Part shown: one piece after another, positions 41,573-50,415 of the stretch
Position numbering within the stretch: the stretch's first letter is position 1
How the letters are laid out: the number at the start of each line of letters is the position of its first letter
NCBI GenBank assembly: GCA_013288335.1
Contig: JABDCC010000006.1
Span: 4,859-68,858 of the forward strand
Direction: 5' to 3'
DNA: 64,000 bases
From: Alphaproteobacteria bacterium
Lineage (GTDB): Bacteria; Pseudomonadota; Alphaproteobacteria; Rickettsiales; JABCZZ01
Notes under the pieces: generated by a model
What the model was told of the DNA's origin: nothing
Seen by the model: only the letters and a program-made list of their open reading frames with translations
The model's database searches: none
Program-made: the position numbers and the translations under genes

Positions 41573-41965
41573 TTAAAGGCCTGCGCTTTTCCCTTTATTA
41601 GTCCAGCCTTTATATGGTCCTTTTTCAGCATTACTAGAGTTTGGTGTGTGCGTTTTTGTTACAAGAAAAGGATCGCCTACATTTTGCTCCGATTTATCCA
41701 CAGGCAAGATAACAGTATCCCCCGCCTTGTAACCTCTATTTGCTTTTATTTCGTCAATTTTTTCTCTTGTCCCTTGATTATTCTTTCCAGCTTCATTAAG
41801 GGTATTGTCGAATGATCCTTTGCCACCGGAAAATTCTTTTTTGGCATCTTCTTTGCTCAAACCCGGAATTTTACGCATCAACTCATTGGGTGAACTAGCA
41901 ATACTATTCTCAGCATTCGCCCACGCTTTTTGAGCAGCTTTTTTTATCGTATCAAATATACCCAT
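41573..41965 (-). CDS. Orphan protein O3 (130 aa)
   Basis: SD AAGGAG before ATG; amphipathic MGIFDTIKK start; basic G/K tail. Confidence 0.75.
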   Translation of the reverse strand: MGIFDTIKKAAQKAWANAENSIASSPNELMRKIPGLSKEDAKKEFSGGKGSFDNTLNEAGKNNQGTREKIDEIKANRGYKAGDTVILPVDKSEQNVGDPFLVTKTHTPNSSNAEKGPYKGWTNKGKSAGL

Positions 41966-41997
41966 GACTCACTCCTTGAAATAATTATTTATGCCTT

Positions 41998-42043
41998 AAA
42001 ATACCACAGAAATGGTTACTTTTGTGTTAAGATTACATGACAA
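41998..42043 (-). promoter_or_regulatory. Orphan-regulon promoter O3
   Basis: TTGTCAT-gtaa-TCTTAAC-acaa-AAGTAAC-N11-TATTTT. Confidence 0.7.
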
Positions 42044-42061
42044 TTTTACATTTTTTGTATT

Positions 42062-42745
42062 TTAGCGACTTCGGACAGCTTCCGGTGCTTTTGGCAATTT
42101 ATGTTGATTTATTGCCTTTATAATATCGTCCGCATCTTTAGTAACTATTTCTATTTTCTTATTTTTCCATGGATTTATGTTAATCTCAGGATTACCAAAA
42201 TCCCTGCCTTCTATTAGCAGTTCCTTGATCCCCACTGGTTTAGTGTCACCCGATTTAGCGCCAGGTACGAATCCTATCTCTTTTGAGGTCGGGCAATATA
42301 CCAAAATAGCTGCCATGAGCTTTGGCCCAGTTAGTTTTTCGTGCGCCGCATGGTATAAAAGTCTTCCAACAATGGGTGTCCTGTCTTCTGGGGGAAGATT
42401 ATTTAATTCCATCAGTTTCTTGTAAAAAGTTTTTGGTCCTTTATCCTCTGGATCTCTGAATAACTCCAAAGCATTCATATAATATTGATGCTGATCTTTT
42501 GTAAGAGTGGTAGTTCTCTGCACTATAGCATCAGCTTCTTTTCTTAAATCAAAAACATTCTTAGGATCAAAATCCCCCTTATCACCAAAACTCTTAAAAT
42601 ACTTATATCCTTCGAATAACAAACCGGTGCCAGCAAGAGCGCTAATTCCTATAAATGCTCTCCTGTTCATTTTTTGATTGTCAGATTTTCCATCTGTGAT
42701 TACGGAATTATAGGTAAAATTAAATTTATCTTTGTCGTTTTCCAT
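42062..42745 (-). CDS. Orphan protein O4 with twin-arginine-like motif
   Basis: NRRAFI followed by a hydrophobic helix; start ATG 42745 (or 42670); tail LPKAPEAVRSR. Confidence 0.7.
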   Translation of the reverse strand: MENDKDKFNFTYNSVITDGKSDNQKMNRRAFIGISALAGTGLLFEGYKYFKSFGDKGDFDPKNVFDLRKEADAIVQRTTTLTKDQHQYYMNALELFRDPEDKGPKTFYKKLMELNNLPPEDRTPIVGRLLYHAAHEKLTGPKLMAAILVYCPTSKEIGFVPGAKSGDTKPVGIKELLIEGRDFGNPEININPWKNKKIEIVTKDADDIIKAINQHKLPKAPEAVRSR

Positions 42746-42780
42746 AAAACCATCCCGGAATAAATAATTATTTCTCCAAT

Positions 42781-42825
42781 AAAATATCACAAATTGGTTA
42801 TTTTTGTGTTAATATTTTATGACAA
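42781..42825 (-). promoter_or_regulatory. Orphan-regulon promoter O4
   Basis: TTGTCAT-aaaa-TATTAAC-acaa-AAATAAC-N10-TATTTT; near-copy of the O3 promoter. Confidence 0.7.
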
Positions 42826-42843
42826 ACTCACTAAGATACCTAC

Positions 42844-43557
42844 ATGAAACCCAAATATAACCCTATAATCTGCGCACTGGATACCACCGAAATTGACGAA
42901 GCTAATGGCCTTATAGGCAAGCTGCGGGGCAATATCGGTGCGGTAAAGCTTGGTTTGGAGTATTTTACCGCCAACGGGGCGGGTGGCGTGCGCCAACTTG
43001 CCCATCATAATATTCCTGTATTCCTTGACCTTAAATTCCACGATATCCCAAACACCGTTGCCAAAGCCATCGAGGCAACTGCGGGCATCGATACCTTCAT
43101 GATGACCGTGCACACTTCCGGCGGGCGCGCCATGTTGCAGGCCGCGATTGATGCATCTATGGAAGTGGCGTACTTAACCGGCAAAGACCGCCCGCTTATT
43201 ATTGGCGTTACTGTGCTTACCAGCCTTGATCAGGCAGATATCAGCATGCTTGGGGTTAATGCTAATCTGAACGATCATGTGGCGCGCCTTGCAGACCTCG
43301 CACAAAGCTGTCGCTTAGACGGTGTCGTCTGCTCGCCTTATGAAATTGCGGCACTTCGCAAGCAATGCGGCAGTGATTTTACACTGGTGGTGCCGGGTAT
43401 CAGGCCAGAAGGCAGTGCAACCAATGATCAAAAACGCATTATGACACCCGCCGAAGCAATACAAAAAGGCGCAGATTATCTGGTAATCGGCAGGCCGATT
43501 ACGCAGGCTAAAAATCCCGCTGAGGCTGCAAAGAAAATCGCCGATAGTTTGGTTTAA
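42844..43557 (+). CDS. pyrF: Orotidine-5'-phosphate decarboxylase
   Basis: FLDLKFHDIPNT, VPGIRP, DQKR..TP, VIGRPIT. Confidence 0.98.
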   Translation: MKPKYNPIICALDTTEIDEANGLIGKLRGNIGAVKLGLEYFTANGAGGVRQLAHHNIPVFLDLKFHDIPNTVAKAIEATAGIDTFMMTVHTSGGRAMLQAAIDASMEVAYLTGKDRPLIIGVTVLTSLDQADISMLGVNANLNDHVARLADLAQSCRLDGVVCSPYEIAALRKQCGSDFTLVVPGIRPEGSATNDQKRIMTPAEAIQKGADYLVIGRPITQAKNPAEAAKKIADSLV

Positions 43558-44186
43558 TATTCCGACTTGGTTTTGATACCCAACTTCTTCACGAAGGCCG
43601 AAAGTTTATGGCGGCCTACATTTTTCGCATAGGCAAAATCGGAGGCAAGCCAGTTAAACATAATTGAGCGGCGTTGACCCACAAATTTATCGTGCCCATG
43701 CCAGGAATTTTCCGTGCGCCTGAAGGCTATCATATTCCCGCCATTAGGAGGTACTTCCGTTATATAATTTTCAATGTTGTGATCATCGCGCAGCAATCGC
43801 AAACGTCCGCCTTTTGCATCCCACTCTTCATCATTGAGATAGAGCAGGCAGGTGGCGATTTTATCTCTGGAATCATTATGAATTCTTCCATCTTTCATCT
43901 GGCATTGGCCGCGCGCAGTTACCAGCAGCGGTTTGCCCACAAGGTTCATCCCCAGTTTATCACCTACGATTTTCGCAAGTTTTTCACTTCGCACTTCTTC
44001 AATCAGTTTGGCGAATGCTGCACCATATTGTAAATCTGACAGAGGAAAAACACCCGGTTTAGAAATTACCGGAAAATCCGCGCTAATAGCCTTCATGTTT
44101 TCTTTGGTAATAATGCCATAAGAAACAAAATGCGGAAACGGCTCAGTCGCAACCGGAGTTTTATCTATTACATCAAGTTCGATCAT
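43554..44186 (-). CDS. 2OG-Fe(II) oxygenase family protein
   Basis: H.D motif (IHNDS), LLYLN, GG.L.L, SWHG, RRS. Confidence 0.85.
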   Translation of the reverse strand: MIELDVIDKTPVATEPFPHFVSYGIITKENMKAISADFPVISKPGVFPLSDLQYGAAFAKLIEEVRSEKLAKIVGDKLGMNLVGKPLLVTARGQCQMKDGRIHNDSRDKIATCLLYLNDEEWDAKGGRLRLLRDDHNIENYITEVPPNGGNMIAFRRTENSWHGHDKFVGQRRSIMFNWLASDFAYAKNVGRHKLSAFVKKLGIKTKSEY

Positions 44187-44196
44187 AAAATATTTC

Positions 44197-45072
44197 TCAT
44201 GGTTGGCGTACAAGCTCGCTATATTCCTGCATCAGCTTTTTAGTAACCGGCCCTACTGCAAATTTATGCTCATCAATGACGCCAATCGGCGTAATTTCTG
44301 CAGCGGTACCACAAACAAAAACTTCCTGTGCGTTAGCCACTTCTTCCGGTTTGATATGGCGTTCGATTACTTTAATACCCTTCGATTTTGCAAGCGCAAT
44401 GACTGTCTGGCGGGTGATGCCGTTTAGAAAACAATCCGGTGTAGGTGTGTGTAGCTCGTCGTTTATGACAAAGAATATATTTGCGCCAGTTGCTTCTGCA
44501 ATATACCCACGGTAATCAAGCATTAGTGCGTCTTCAAATCCTGCCTGCTCAGCCGCATGTTTGCTAAGCGTACAAATCATATAAAGACCTGCTGCCTTGC
44601 TCGCAGTCGGTGCCATATTCGGCGCAGGACGTGCCCATTTTGAAGTTTGCAATTTTAACCCGCGCTCTTTTGCTTCGTTAGAAAAATAACTTGGCCACGT
44701 CCAGGCAGCCACCGCTACGTGAATTTTTGTCGCTTGCGCGCCAATCGCCATCATTTCGCTACCACGCCATGCAAATGGACGCACGTAACCATTCTCAATT
44801 TTATTTTTAGCAATCACTTCTTTGGTAACTTTGTCTAGCTCCGCAGCAGAATATGGGATTTTAAACCCCAGCAAATCCGCCGATTTTATAAGACGCTCAC
44901 TATGTTCGGTGAGCTTAAAGACTTTGCCATTATAGACTCTCTCGCCTTCAAACACACAACTCGCATAATGCAGCCCGTGGCTTAGTACATGCAACTTGGC
45001 ATCTCTCCATAACACCGTATTGCCATCATACCAAATATATCCATCACGCTGGTCGAAAGGTACCGTTTGCAT
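44197..45072 (-). CDS. ilvE: Branched-chain amino acid aminotransferase
   Basis: HGLHY..CVFEG.R, KAAGLY, EATGANIF, GITR, GTAAEI. Confidence 0.96.
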   Translation of the reverse strand: MQTVPFDQRDGYIWYDGNTVLWRDAKLHVLSHGLHYASCVFEGERVYNGKVFKLTEHSERLIKSADLLGFKIPYSAAELDKVTKEVIAKNKIENGYVRPFAWRGSEMMAIGAQATKIHVAVAAWTWPSYFSNEAKERGLKLQTSKWARPAPNMAPTASKAAGLYMICTLSKHAAEQAGFEDALMLDYRGYIAEATGANIFFVINDELHTPTPDCFLNGITRQTVIALAKSKGIKVIERHIKPEEVANAQEVFVCGTAAEITPIGVIDEHKFAVGPVTKKLMQEYSELVRQP

Positions 45073-45091
45073 ATATTTGCTTTCAATAAAC

Positions 45092-45862
45092 TCAGGGTTT
45101 CAACATTATTGCAGAGACCTGGCGTCCATAATCAGCCTCTCCGCGATGAGTTGCGCGGCGGTAGCTGAAAAAATCGCCTTCTTCTGCATACGTGTCATTC
45201 TCAAGCATATTTATATCTTCTATGCCAGCCTCCGCAATAGTATTTTTAACAAATTCCTTAAGATTAAACAGGAAATGCCCTTCCTTTGTAGAAGGAACAA
45301 AATATTTTGCATTTTCCGTCGATTTATTAATGAATTTCTCATAGAAGACTAAGTCAACTTCATAGGATTTTTGCGCTATTGCAGGGCCAATTGCCGCAAC
45401 TATTGAGCTTCGTTCTGCGCCAAGTTTTGTCATGGCTTCTATAGTGGCCTCTAATATACCCGCAAAGGCACCTTTCCAGCCTGCATGCGCGGCGCCGATG
45501 ACTTTATTATTTTTATCGGCAAATAAAACCGGCACGCAATCGGCAGTTAAAATACCCAGTGCAATACCTGGTTTATCAGTCACCATCGCGTCAGCGCGAG
45601 GCAGCTTTGAATGGCGCCAGCATTTTGCTACGACAACCACATCAGCGCTGTGCACTTGGTATAATGTTAAGAGTTTATCCGCATCTGCTCCCAGTTCTTT
45701 TGCAACCTTAATGCGGTTCTTGATGACATACTCTTTGTTATCATTTGAGCCAAGCCCACAATTAAGTGAAGCATACATGCCTTTGCTCACGCCGTTTTTG
45801 CGTTTGAAAAATCCATGCGTAATGTTTGGTATTTTTGATAAGTTATCTGAAGCAATAAACAT
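45092..45862 (-). CDS. pgeF: Peptidoglycan editing factor / laccase-domain protein
   Basis: SLNCG, QVHS, TADCVPVL, HAGWKG, FFSYRR. Confidence 0.93.
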   Translation of the reverse strand: MFIASDNLSKIPNITHGFFKRKNGVSKGMYASLNCGLGSNDNKEYVIKNRIKVAKELGADADKLLTLYQVHSADVVVVAKCWRHSKLPRADAMVTDKPGIALGILTADCVPVLFADKNNKVIGAAHAGWKGAFAGILEATIEAMTKLGAERSSIVAAIGPAIAQKSYEVDLVFYEKFINKSTENAKYFVPSTKEGHFLFNLKEFVKNTIAEAGIEDINMLENDTYAEEGDFFSYRRATHRGEADYGRQVSAIMLKP

Positions 45863-45869
45863 ATTTACC

Positions 45870-46862
45870 TTAAAAACCGATTGGTTTGTTGCCATCTGAA
45901 GTGATAGCAAGCACCTTAAACAAGGTGCCCATTTGATGAGGCGACGTCAAGCGTTCTAACCCGGATAGAATTTCTTTTTGCTGTGTATCGGAAGCACTTT
46001 TACATAGATTAATTGCACGAAGTTCTGCACCCAAGCGGTTCAGAAACGTGCCCTGCTCTACTGCTCCCCATACATGCGATCCTGTTTCGGCAGCAGCATT
46101 TTTAAGCGTAGTAAAATCCACATGAGCAGTAATATCCGCTTCACCTGGCTCTTGCAGAGGCTCCACATATTTATGGTTTTTCATCGCTTGCAAACTATCA
46201 CCATGTGTTGTGGTCGTGTAGCCGTAATCGATAATAAGTGCCGCTCCGCCATATTTTTTTATGTGCTCAGCAATTTGCTTCATAATAGAAACAGAGGCTG
46301 GTGATTCCTCGCGTGTAACTTTCCCATCAGGGGAAAAAGAAAGTGTATTCTCATTAGTAATAATTTTTCGTTCCTCATTGTTTTCTAAATATTGCCTAAT
46401 CGGAAGTGCATCAAAAAACTCATTTGCTATAAGGAAAAGCGGCATTGACGGAAGATTATCCAATGTGTTATGCCATGAAATTCTGGGATGGGTTACCTGT
46501 AATCTTTCTGCCTGAACTCCACGCAAAGCATGGCTCGTCTCTATAAGACAAATATCAATATTTTTATGGAATTCGCTATTTTTAGTAGCTCGGAGAGCGT
46601 CTCTCATTAGGGTTCCGCGCCCTGGCCCCACTTCACATAATATAGCTTGTCCGTCCAACGAACTCTGCCAGATATTCTGCAGCCACGCACCAATCAACTC
46701 GCCAAATATCTGGCTGATTTCTGGTGCGGTGATGAAGTCTCCTTCTTTGCCAAATGGATTATTATTTGCGTAATAATGCGAAACGCAAAGTTCCATATAT
46801 TCGGCAACGCTCATCGCGCCGTATGATCTTATACGATTAATTATTTGCTGTTTTAGATTCAC
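45870..46862 (-). CDS. SAM-dependent methyltransferase, MidA/NDUFAF7 family
   Basis: GDFITAPEISQ.FGE, E.GPGRGTL, ANEFFDALP, DITAHVDF; lgt-MTase-pgeF synteny. Confidence 0.92.
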   Translation of the reverse strand: MNLKQQIINRIRSYGAMSVAEYMELCVSHYYANNNPFGKEGDFITAPEISQIFGELIGAWLQNIWQSSLDGQAILCEVGPGRGTLMRDALRATKNSEFHKNIDICLIETSHALRGVQAERLQVTHPRISWHNTLDNLPSMPLFLIANEFFDALPIRQYLENNEERKIITNENTLSFSPDGKVTREESPASVSIMKQIAEHIKKYGGAALIIDYGYTTTTHGDSLQAMKNHKYVEPLQEPGEADITAHVDFTTLKNAAAETGSHVWGAVEQGTFLNRLGAELRAINLCKSASDTQQKEILSGLERLTSPHQMGTLFKVLAITSDGNKPIGF

Positions 46863-47634
46863 GGCATAGTGCAAGATAGAGGCCAATTAAAAGCATTGGG
46901 ATGGAGAGTAATTGCCCCATGGTTATGAAACTCGGGAGGAAATGAATAAAAGAATCCGGCTCGCGGAAAAGCTCTGCTGTCATGCGTGCAAGACTATAGC
47001 CAATTAAAAACAAACCGCTTAATAGCCCCACACGGTGCAAAGCACGAGTCCTGAGCGCAATAATTAGAAGAACAATGAAAAGCACTATCCCTTCAAGTGA
47101 AGCCTCAAAAAGCTGGCTGGGGTAGCGTGGTAAATCGCCACCTTCAGGAAATATCATACCTAAAGGACTATCGGTAACGCGCCCATATAATTCACCATTT
47201 ACAAAATTTGCCATACGCCCGAGAAACAAGCCAATAGGTGCGGCCACTGCCATTAAATCGGTAATTTTTAGAAATTGTATTTTATATTTTCGCGCAAATA
47301 AGAATATGGCGGCAATGACACCAAGCAACCCGCCATGAAACGACATTCCACCATGCCAGACCATCAATGCTTCCAGCGGATTGGCAAAATAATAATCCGG
47401 TTTGTAGAACAAAACATAGCCAATCCTGCCACCTAAAATAATGCCGAGTATCGCCCAGACCATAATATCGTCAAACGCTTCTTTGCTGAGCGTTGGCGGA
47501 AATAGTTTTTTATTGAGTTTTCCCACCAGCCACCAGCCGGAAAGCACGCCGGTAAGATACGCGAGCGCATACCAACGTATGGCAAATGGGCCAATTTGCA
47601 GCGCAATCGGGGCTATATGAGGGTAAGTAAGCAT
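46837..47634 (-). CDS. lgt: Prolipoprotein diacylglyceryl transferase
   Basis: GGRIGYVLFY, GGMSFHGG, GR.ANF.NGELYGR, PSQLFE. Confidence 0.98.
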   Translation of the reverse strand: MLTYPHIAPIALQIGPFAIRWYALAYLTGVLSGWWLVGKLNKKLFPPTLSKEAFDDIMVWAILGIILGGRIGYVLFYKPDYYFANPLEALMVWHGGMSFHGGLLGVIAAIFLFARKYKIQFLKITDLMAVAAPIGLFLGRMANFVNGELYGRVTDSPLGMIFPEGGDLPRYPSQLFEASLEGIVLFIVLLIIALRTRALHRVGLLSGLFLIGYSLARMTAELFREPDSFIHFLPSFITMGQLLSIPMLLIGLYLALCRESKTANN

Positions 47635-48633
47635 TTAAAGATACGGGTCTTCTTTGATCAGGTAATTCTGCACGTAATCGCGCACGCCATCTTCAAGCGA
47701 GGTAAACGGAGTGGTATAACCTGCATTGCGCAGCTTAGTCATATTCGCTTCAGTGAAATACTGGTACTTGTCACGCATCGTTTCCGGCATATCGAAATAT
47801 TCAATTTTAGGTTCTTTGCCAAGTGCTGCAAATAATGCTTTTGCCAAATCCTCGAAGCTACGCGCCTTGCCAGTACCAAGGTTATAAAGCCCGGAAACTT
47901 TAGGATTATCCAAAAGCCAAAGCACCACGTTGACGCAATCATTTACATAAATAAAATCACGTTTTTGTCCGCCATCGACAAAGTTTTCGCAATAGGACTT
48001 AAAAAGCTTCACCGGCTTACCGGAAGCAGCATCGGGGAATTTGGTAGCAACCACACTGCGTTGATTTTCTTTGTGGTATTCATTCGGGCCATAGACATTG
48101 AAAAACTTAAGCCCCGCCCATTGCGGCGGCGCCGTCTCACCAAGCGCAATGTTTCTTGCAATATAGCAATCAACTAGGTGCTTGCTCCAACCATAAGGAT
48201 TTAGCGGACGCAATGTATTTAAATATTCTAATGCTGAATTATCTTCAAATTCTTGCCAACCCGCTCCATAAGTTGCAGCCGAAGAGGCATAAATAAAGCG
48301 TTTGGCATTTTCCGCGCACCAGCGGTAAATCAATGTGGAAACAGACTGATTATTTTCGAGGATTAAATCCACATCGGTTTCGGTGGTCGATGAAATCGCC
48401 CCCATATGAATGACAGCATCGAGCGACGAGCCATACATTTCCAGCCAGTAAAATAAATTACCGGGAGGAATTACTTCATACACTGCGTGATTGCGCAGAT
48501 TGCGCCATTTATCACCCGTGCCAAGCGTATCGCAGATAACCACACGGTGCGTGCCGCGCGCGCAAAGTTTGGCCGCGATATTGGAGCCGATAAACCCTGC
48601 CCCACCCGTTATCATTATGGTTTGCATCATCAT
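47635..48633 (-). CDS. hldD: ADP-L-glycero-D-manno-heptose 6-epimerase
   Basis: TGGAGFIGSN, HMGAISSTTE, YASSAATYG, FFNVYGPNEYHK, YQYFTEA. Confidence 0.95.
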   Translation of the reverse strand: MMMQTIMITGGAGFIGSNIAAKLCARGTHRVVICDTLGTGDKWRNLRNHAVYEVIPPGNLFYWLEMYGSSLDAVIHMGAISSTTETDVDLILENNQSVSTLIYRWCAENAKRFIYASSAATYGAGWQEFEDNSALEYLNTLRPLNPYGWSKHLVDCYIARNIALGETAPPQWAGLKFFNVYGPNEYHKENQRSVVATKFPDAASGKPVKLFKSYCENFVDGGQKRDFIYVNDCVNVVLWLLDNPKVSGLYNLGTGKARSFEDLAKALFAALGKEPKIEYFDMPETMRDKYQYFTEANMTKLRNAGYTTPFTSLEDGVRDYVQNYLIKEDPYL

Positions 48634-48677
48634 TTCAGAAACTTACCTCAAGAACACACGTTGTGCAATAACAGGTT

Positions 48678-49433
48678 TTAACTCTTCTGTATCAACTTAA
48701 TCGTAATCGTCGCAGCGTCGGAAGCAGCGGTGCAATGCGGCGCACGGGCAATCAGCGATTCCTGGTTACGGATAGATTCTTTTACTTTGCCGTCTTTGCG
48801 AATAATGCCTAAACACGGCGGAGAAATTTTCAGAAAGTTGATGCAGGCTTTGTTGAGTGAAGCAAAGGTTTTCTCACCCTCTTTGAGGCTTGCCGACTGA
48901 TTCACCACAATATCAATCGCTGCCATCGGGTTTGCCGCTATGCAGAGCTTAATGAATGCATAGGCATCGGTAAGCGATGTTGGCTCGTCGGTTACCACCA
49001 CAATGCAGCGTTTTGCAATTGTAGTAAGCGCACGCACATGTTCTTCAACGCCCGCACCCAAATCGATAAACACGAAATCATACGCATGGGCAAGTTCGAC
49101 TAACTGCTCTTTTAATGATGCAAGCTTGGTTGGTGGCAATGTGGCGAGATTCCCCGAACCTGAGCGTCCGGCAATAATATCAAAATTTTGCGCATGCTGC
49201 GTTACCACGTCTTTGAGTGGCACATCGGAATAAAAGACTTCACTTAAATCATGCTCAGGGGTTAGCCCTAACTGCACATCCACATTCGCAAGGCCAATAT
49301 CGCCGTCAAACAGCAATACTTTGCGGCCAGTACGCGCGATTAAATGGGCAAGCGTAATCGAAAGCCAGGTTTTTCCCACCCCTCCCTTGCCCGATGCAAT
49401 GGCGATTATGTTGCTTGGATGTGCTTCTTTCAT
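48678..49433 (-). CDS. flhG: MinD-like flagellar number regulator FlhG/FleN
   Basis: SGKGGVGKT, DGDIGLANVD, EPTSLTDAYA.IK; follows flhF. Confidence 0.88.
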   Translation of the reverse strand: MKEAHPSNIIAIASGKGGVGKTWLSITLAHLIARTGRKVLLFDGDIGLANVDVQLGLTPEHDLSEVFYSDVPLKDVVTQHAQNFDIIAGRSGSGNLATLPPTKLASLKEQLVELAHAYDFVFIDLGAGVEEHVRALTTIAKRCIVVVTDEPTSLTDAYAFIKLCIAANPMAAIDIVVNQSASLKEGEKTFASLNKACINFLKISPPCLGIIRKDGKVKESIRNQESLIARAPHCTAASDAATITIKLIQKS

Positions 49434-50407
49434 GAGTTGTCTTTCTGCTGGTAACGCAGCAATAATTCGGTAAGCGTTACCGGATCGAGCGTGGCAAATT
49501 CACCAATAATTCGTGAAGAATTGCTTGCATTGGAGAATGCAAATTTTCCGCTGTGAGCAGCAGTGAGCACACTGCCGTAACGCCGTGCAGCATCAATGCG
49601 CGTAATTAACATACGGCGCACGCCAAGCTGTGAGAAAGCCCGCGCCATATCGTCAGCCTCGGCGCTATCGCTTCCGGCTGCAGAAACCAACACCGGCTCA
49701 ATGCTACGATCAAGTTTCACATATTCGGTAAGTTCGCGAAGGTCGGCCGAATTATAGGGATTAACGCCACCCGTATCGATAAGAATCCGGCTATGCGGCG
49801 CATATTGTTTGAGCAACCGCCACAACTCACCGCGATTGTCGGCTATATGGAGTGTGAGACCAAGAATCGTAGTAAATGCTGAGAGCTGCTCAACGCCACC
49901 CGCACGTTTATTATCGGTGGTGATGATAATCGGTTTATTTTTATCCATAACAATTTGCGATGCAATCTTCGCGACTGTCATGGTTTTGCCGGTTCCTGGA
50001 GGGCCAACCAGCATGAGGGTAAACACTTCCTGATCAATCGGCAATGGCGCATACTGAAAACTTGCTGCCATAAGCCGGGTGAAATCCACGCGTTCATCCT
50101 TGCCCTGCAAAGCAAGGTGACGTGCTACATCCAACAGTTTTGAAATCACATATTCGGGCGTGGAGTGAAAACGCAGCATTGTCTCGAGCCTGTTAAGAAT
50201 GGGCTCGGTGGTAAAAGAATTCGCGGACTTGAAAGAGGGCGGTGCAATTATTTCATTATCAATGGGCTCCGAGGCAGCAGTCACGGTAACACCGCTTCCG
50301 TTCGCCGCACGACTACTGGATATGATGATGGCTTCATGCCCAAGTGTTTCTCGGATCATCTGCATCGCAAGATTCATATCGGGAGCATTAAATGTACGAA
50401 GTCTCAT
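49430..50407 (-). CDS. flhF: SRP-family GTPase FlhF
   Basis: MRL.TF.A.DM..AM..IR..LG.EA.II N-terminus, GPPGTGKT, D..R.GG.EQL, DTGG, TRID. Confidence 0.88.
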   Translation of the reverse strand: MRLRTFNAPDMNLAMQMIRETLGHEAIIISSSRAANGSGVTVTAASEPIDNEIIAPPSFKSANSFTTEPILNRLETMLRFHSTPEYVISKLLDVARHLALQGKDERVDFTRLMAASFQYAPLPIDQEVFTLMLVGPPGTGKTMTVAKIASQIVMDKNKPIIITTDNKRAGGVEQLSAFTTILGLTLHIADNRGELWRLLKQYAPHSRILIDTGGVNPYNSADLRELTEYVKLDRSIEPVLVSAAGSDSAEADDMARAFSQLGVRRMLITRIDAARRYGSVLTAAHSGKFAFSNASNSSRIIGEFATLDPVTLTELLLRYQQKDNS

Positions 50408-50415
50408 TCATCCTC

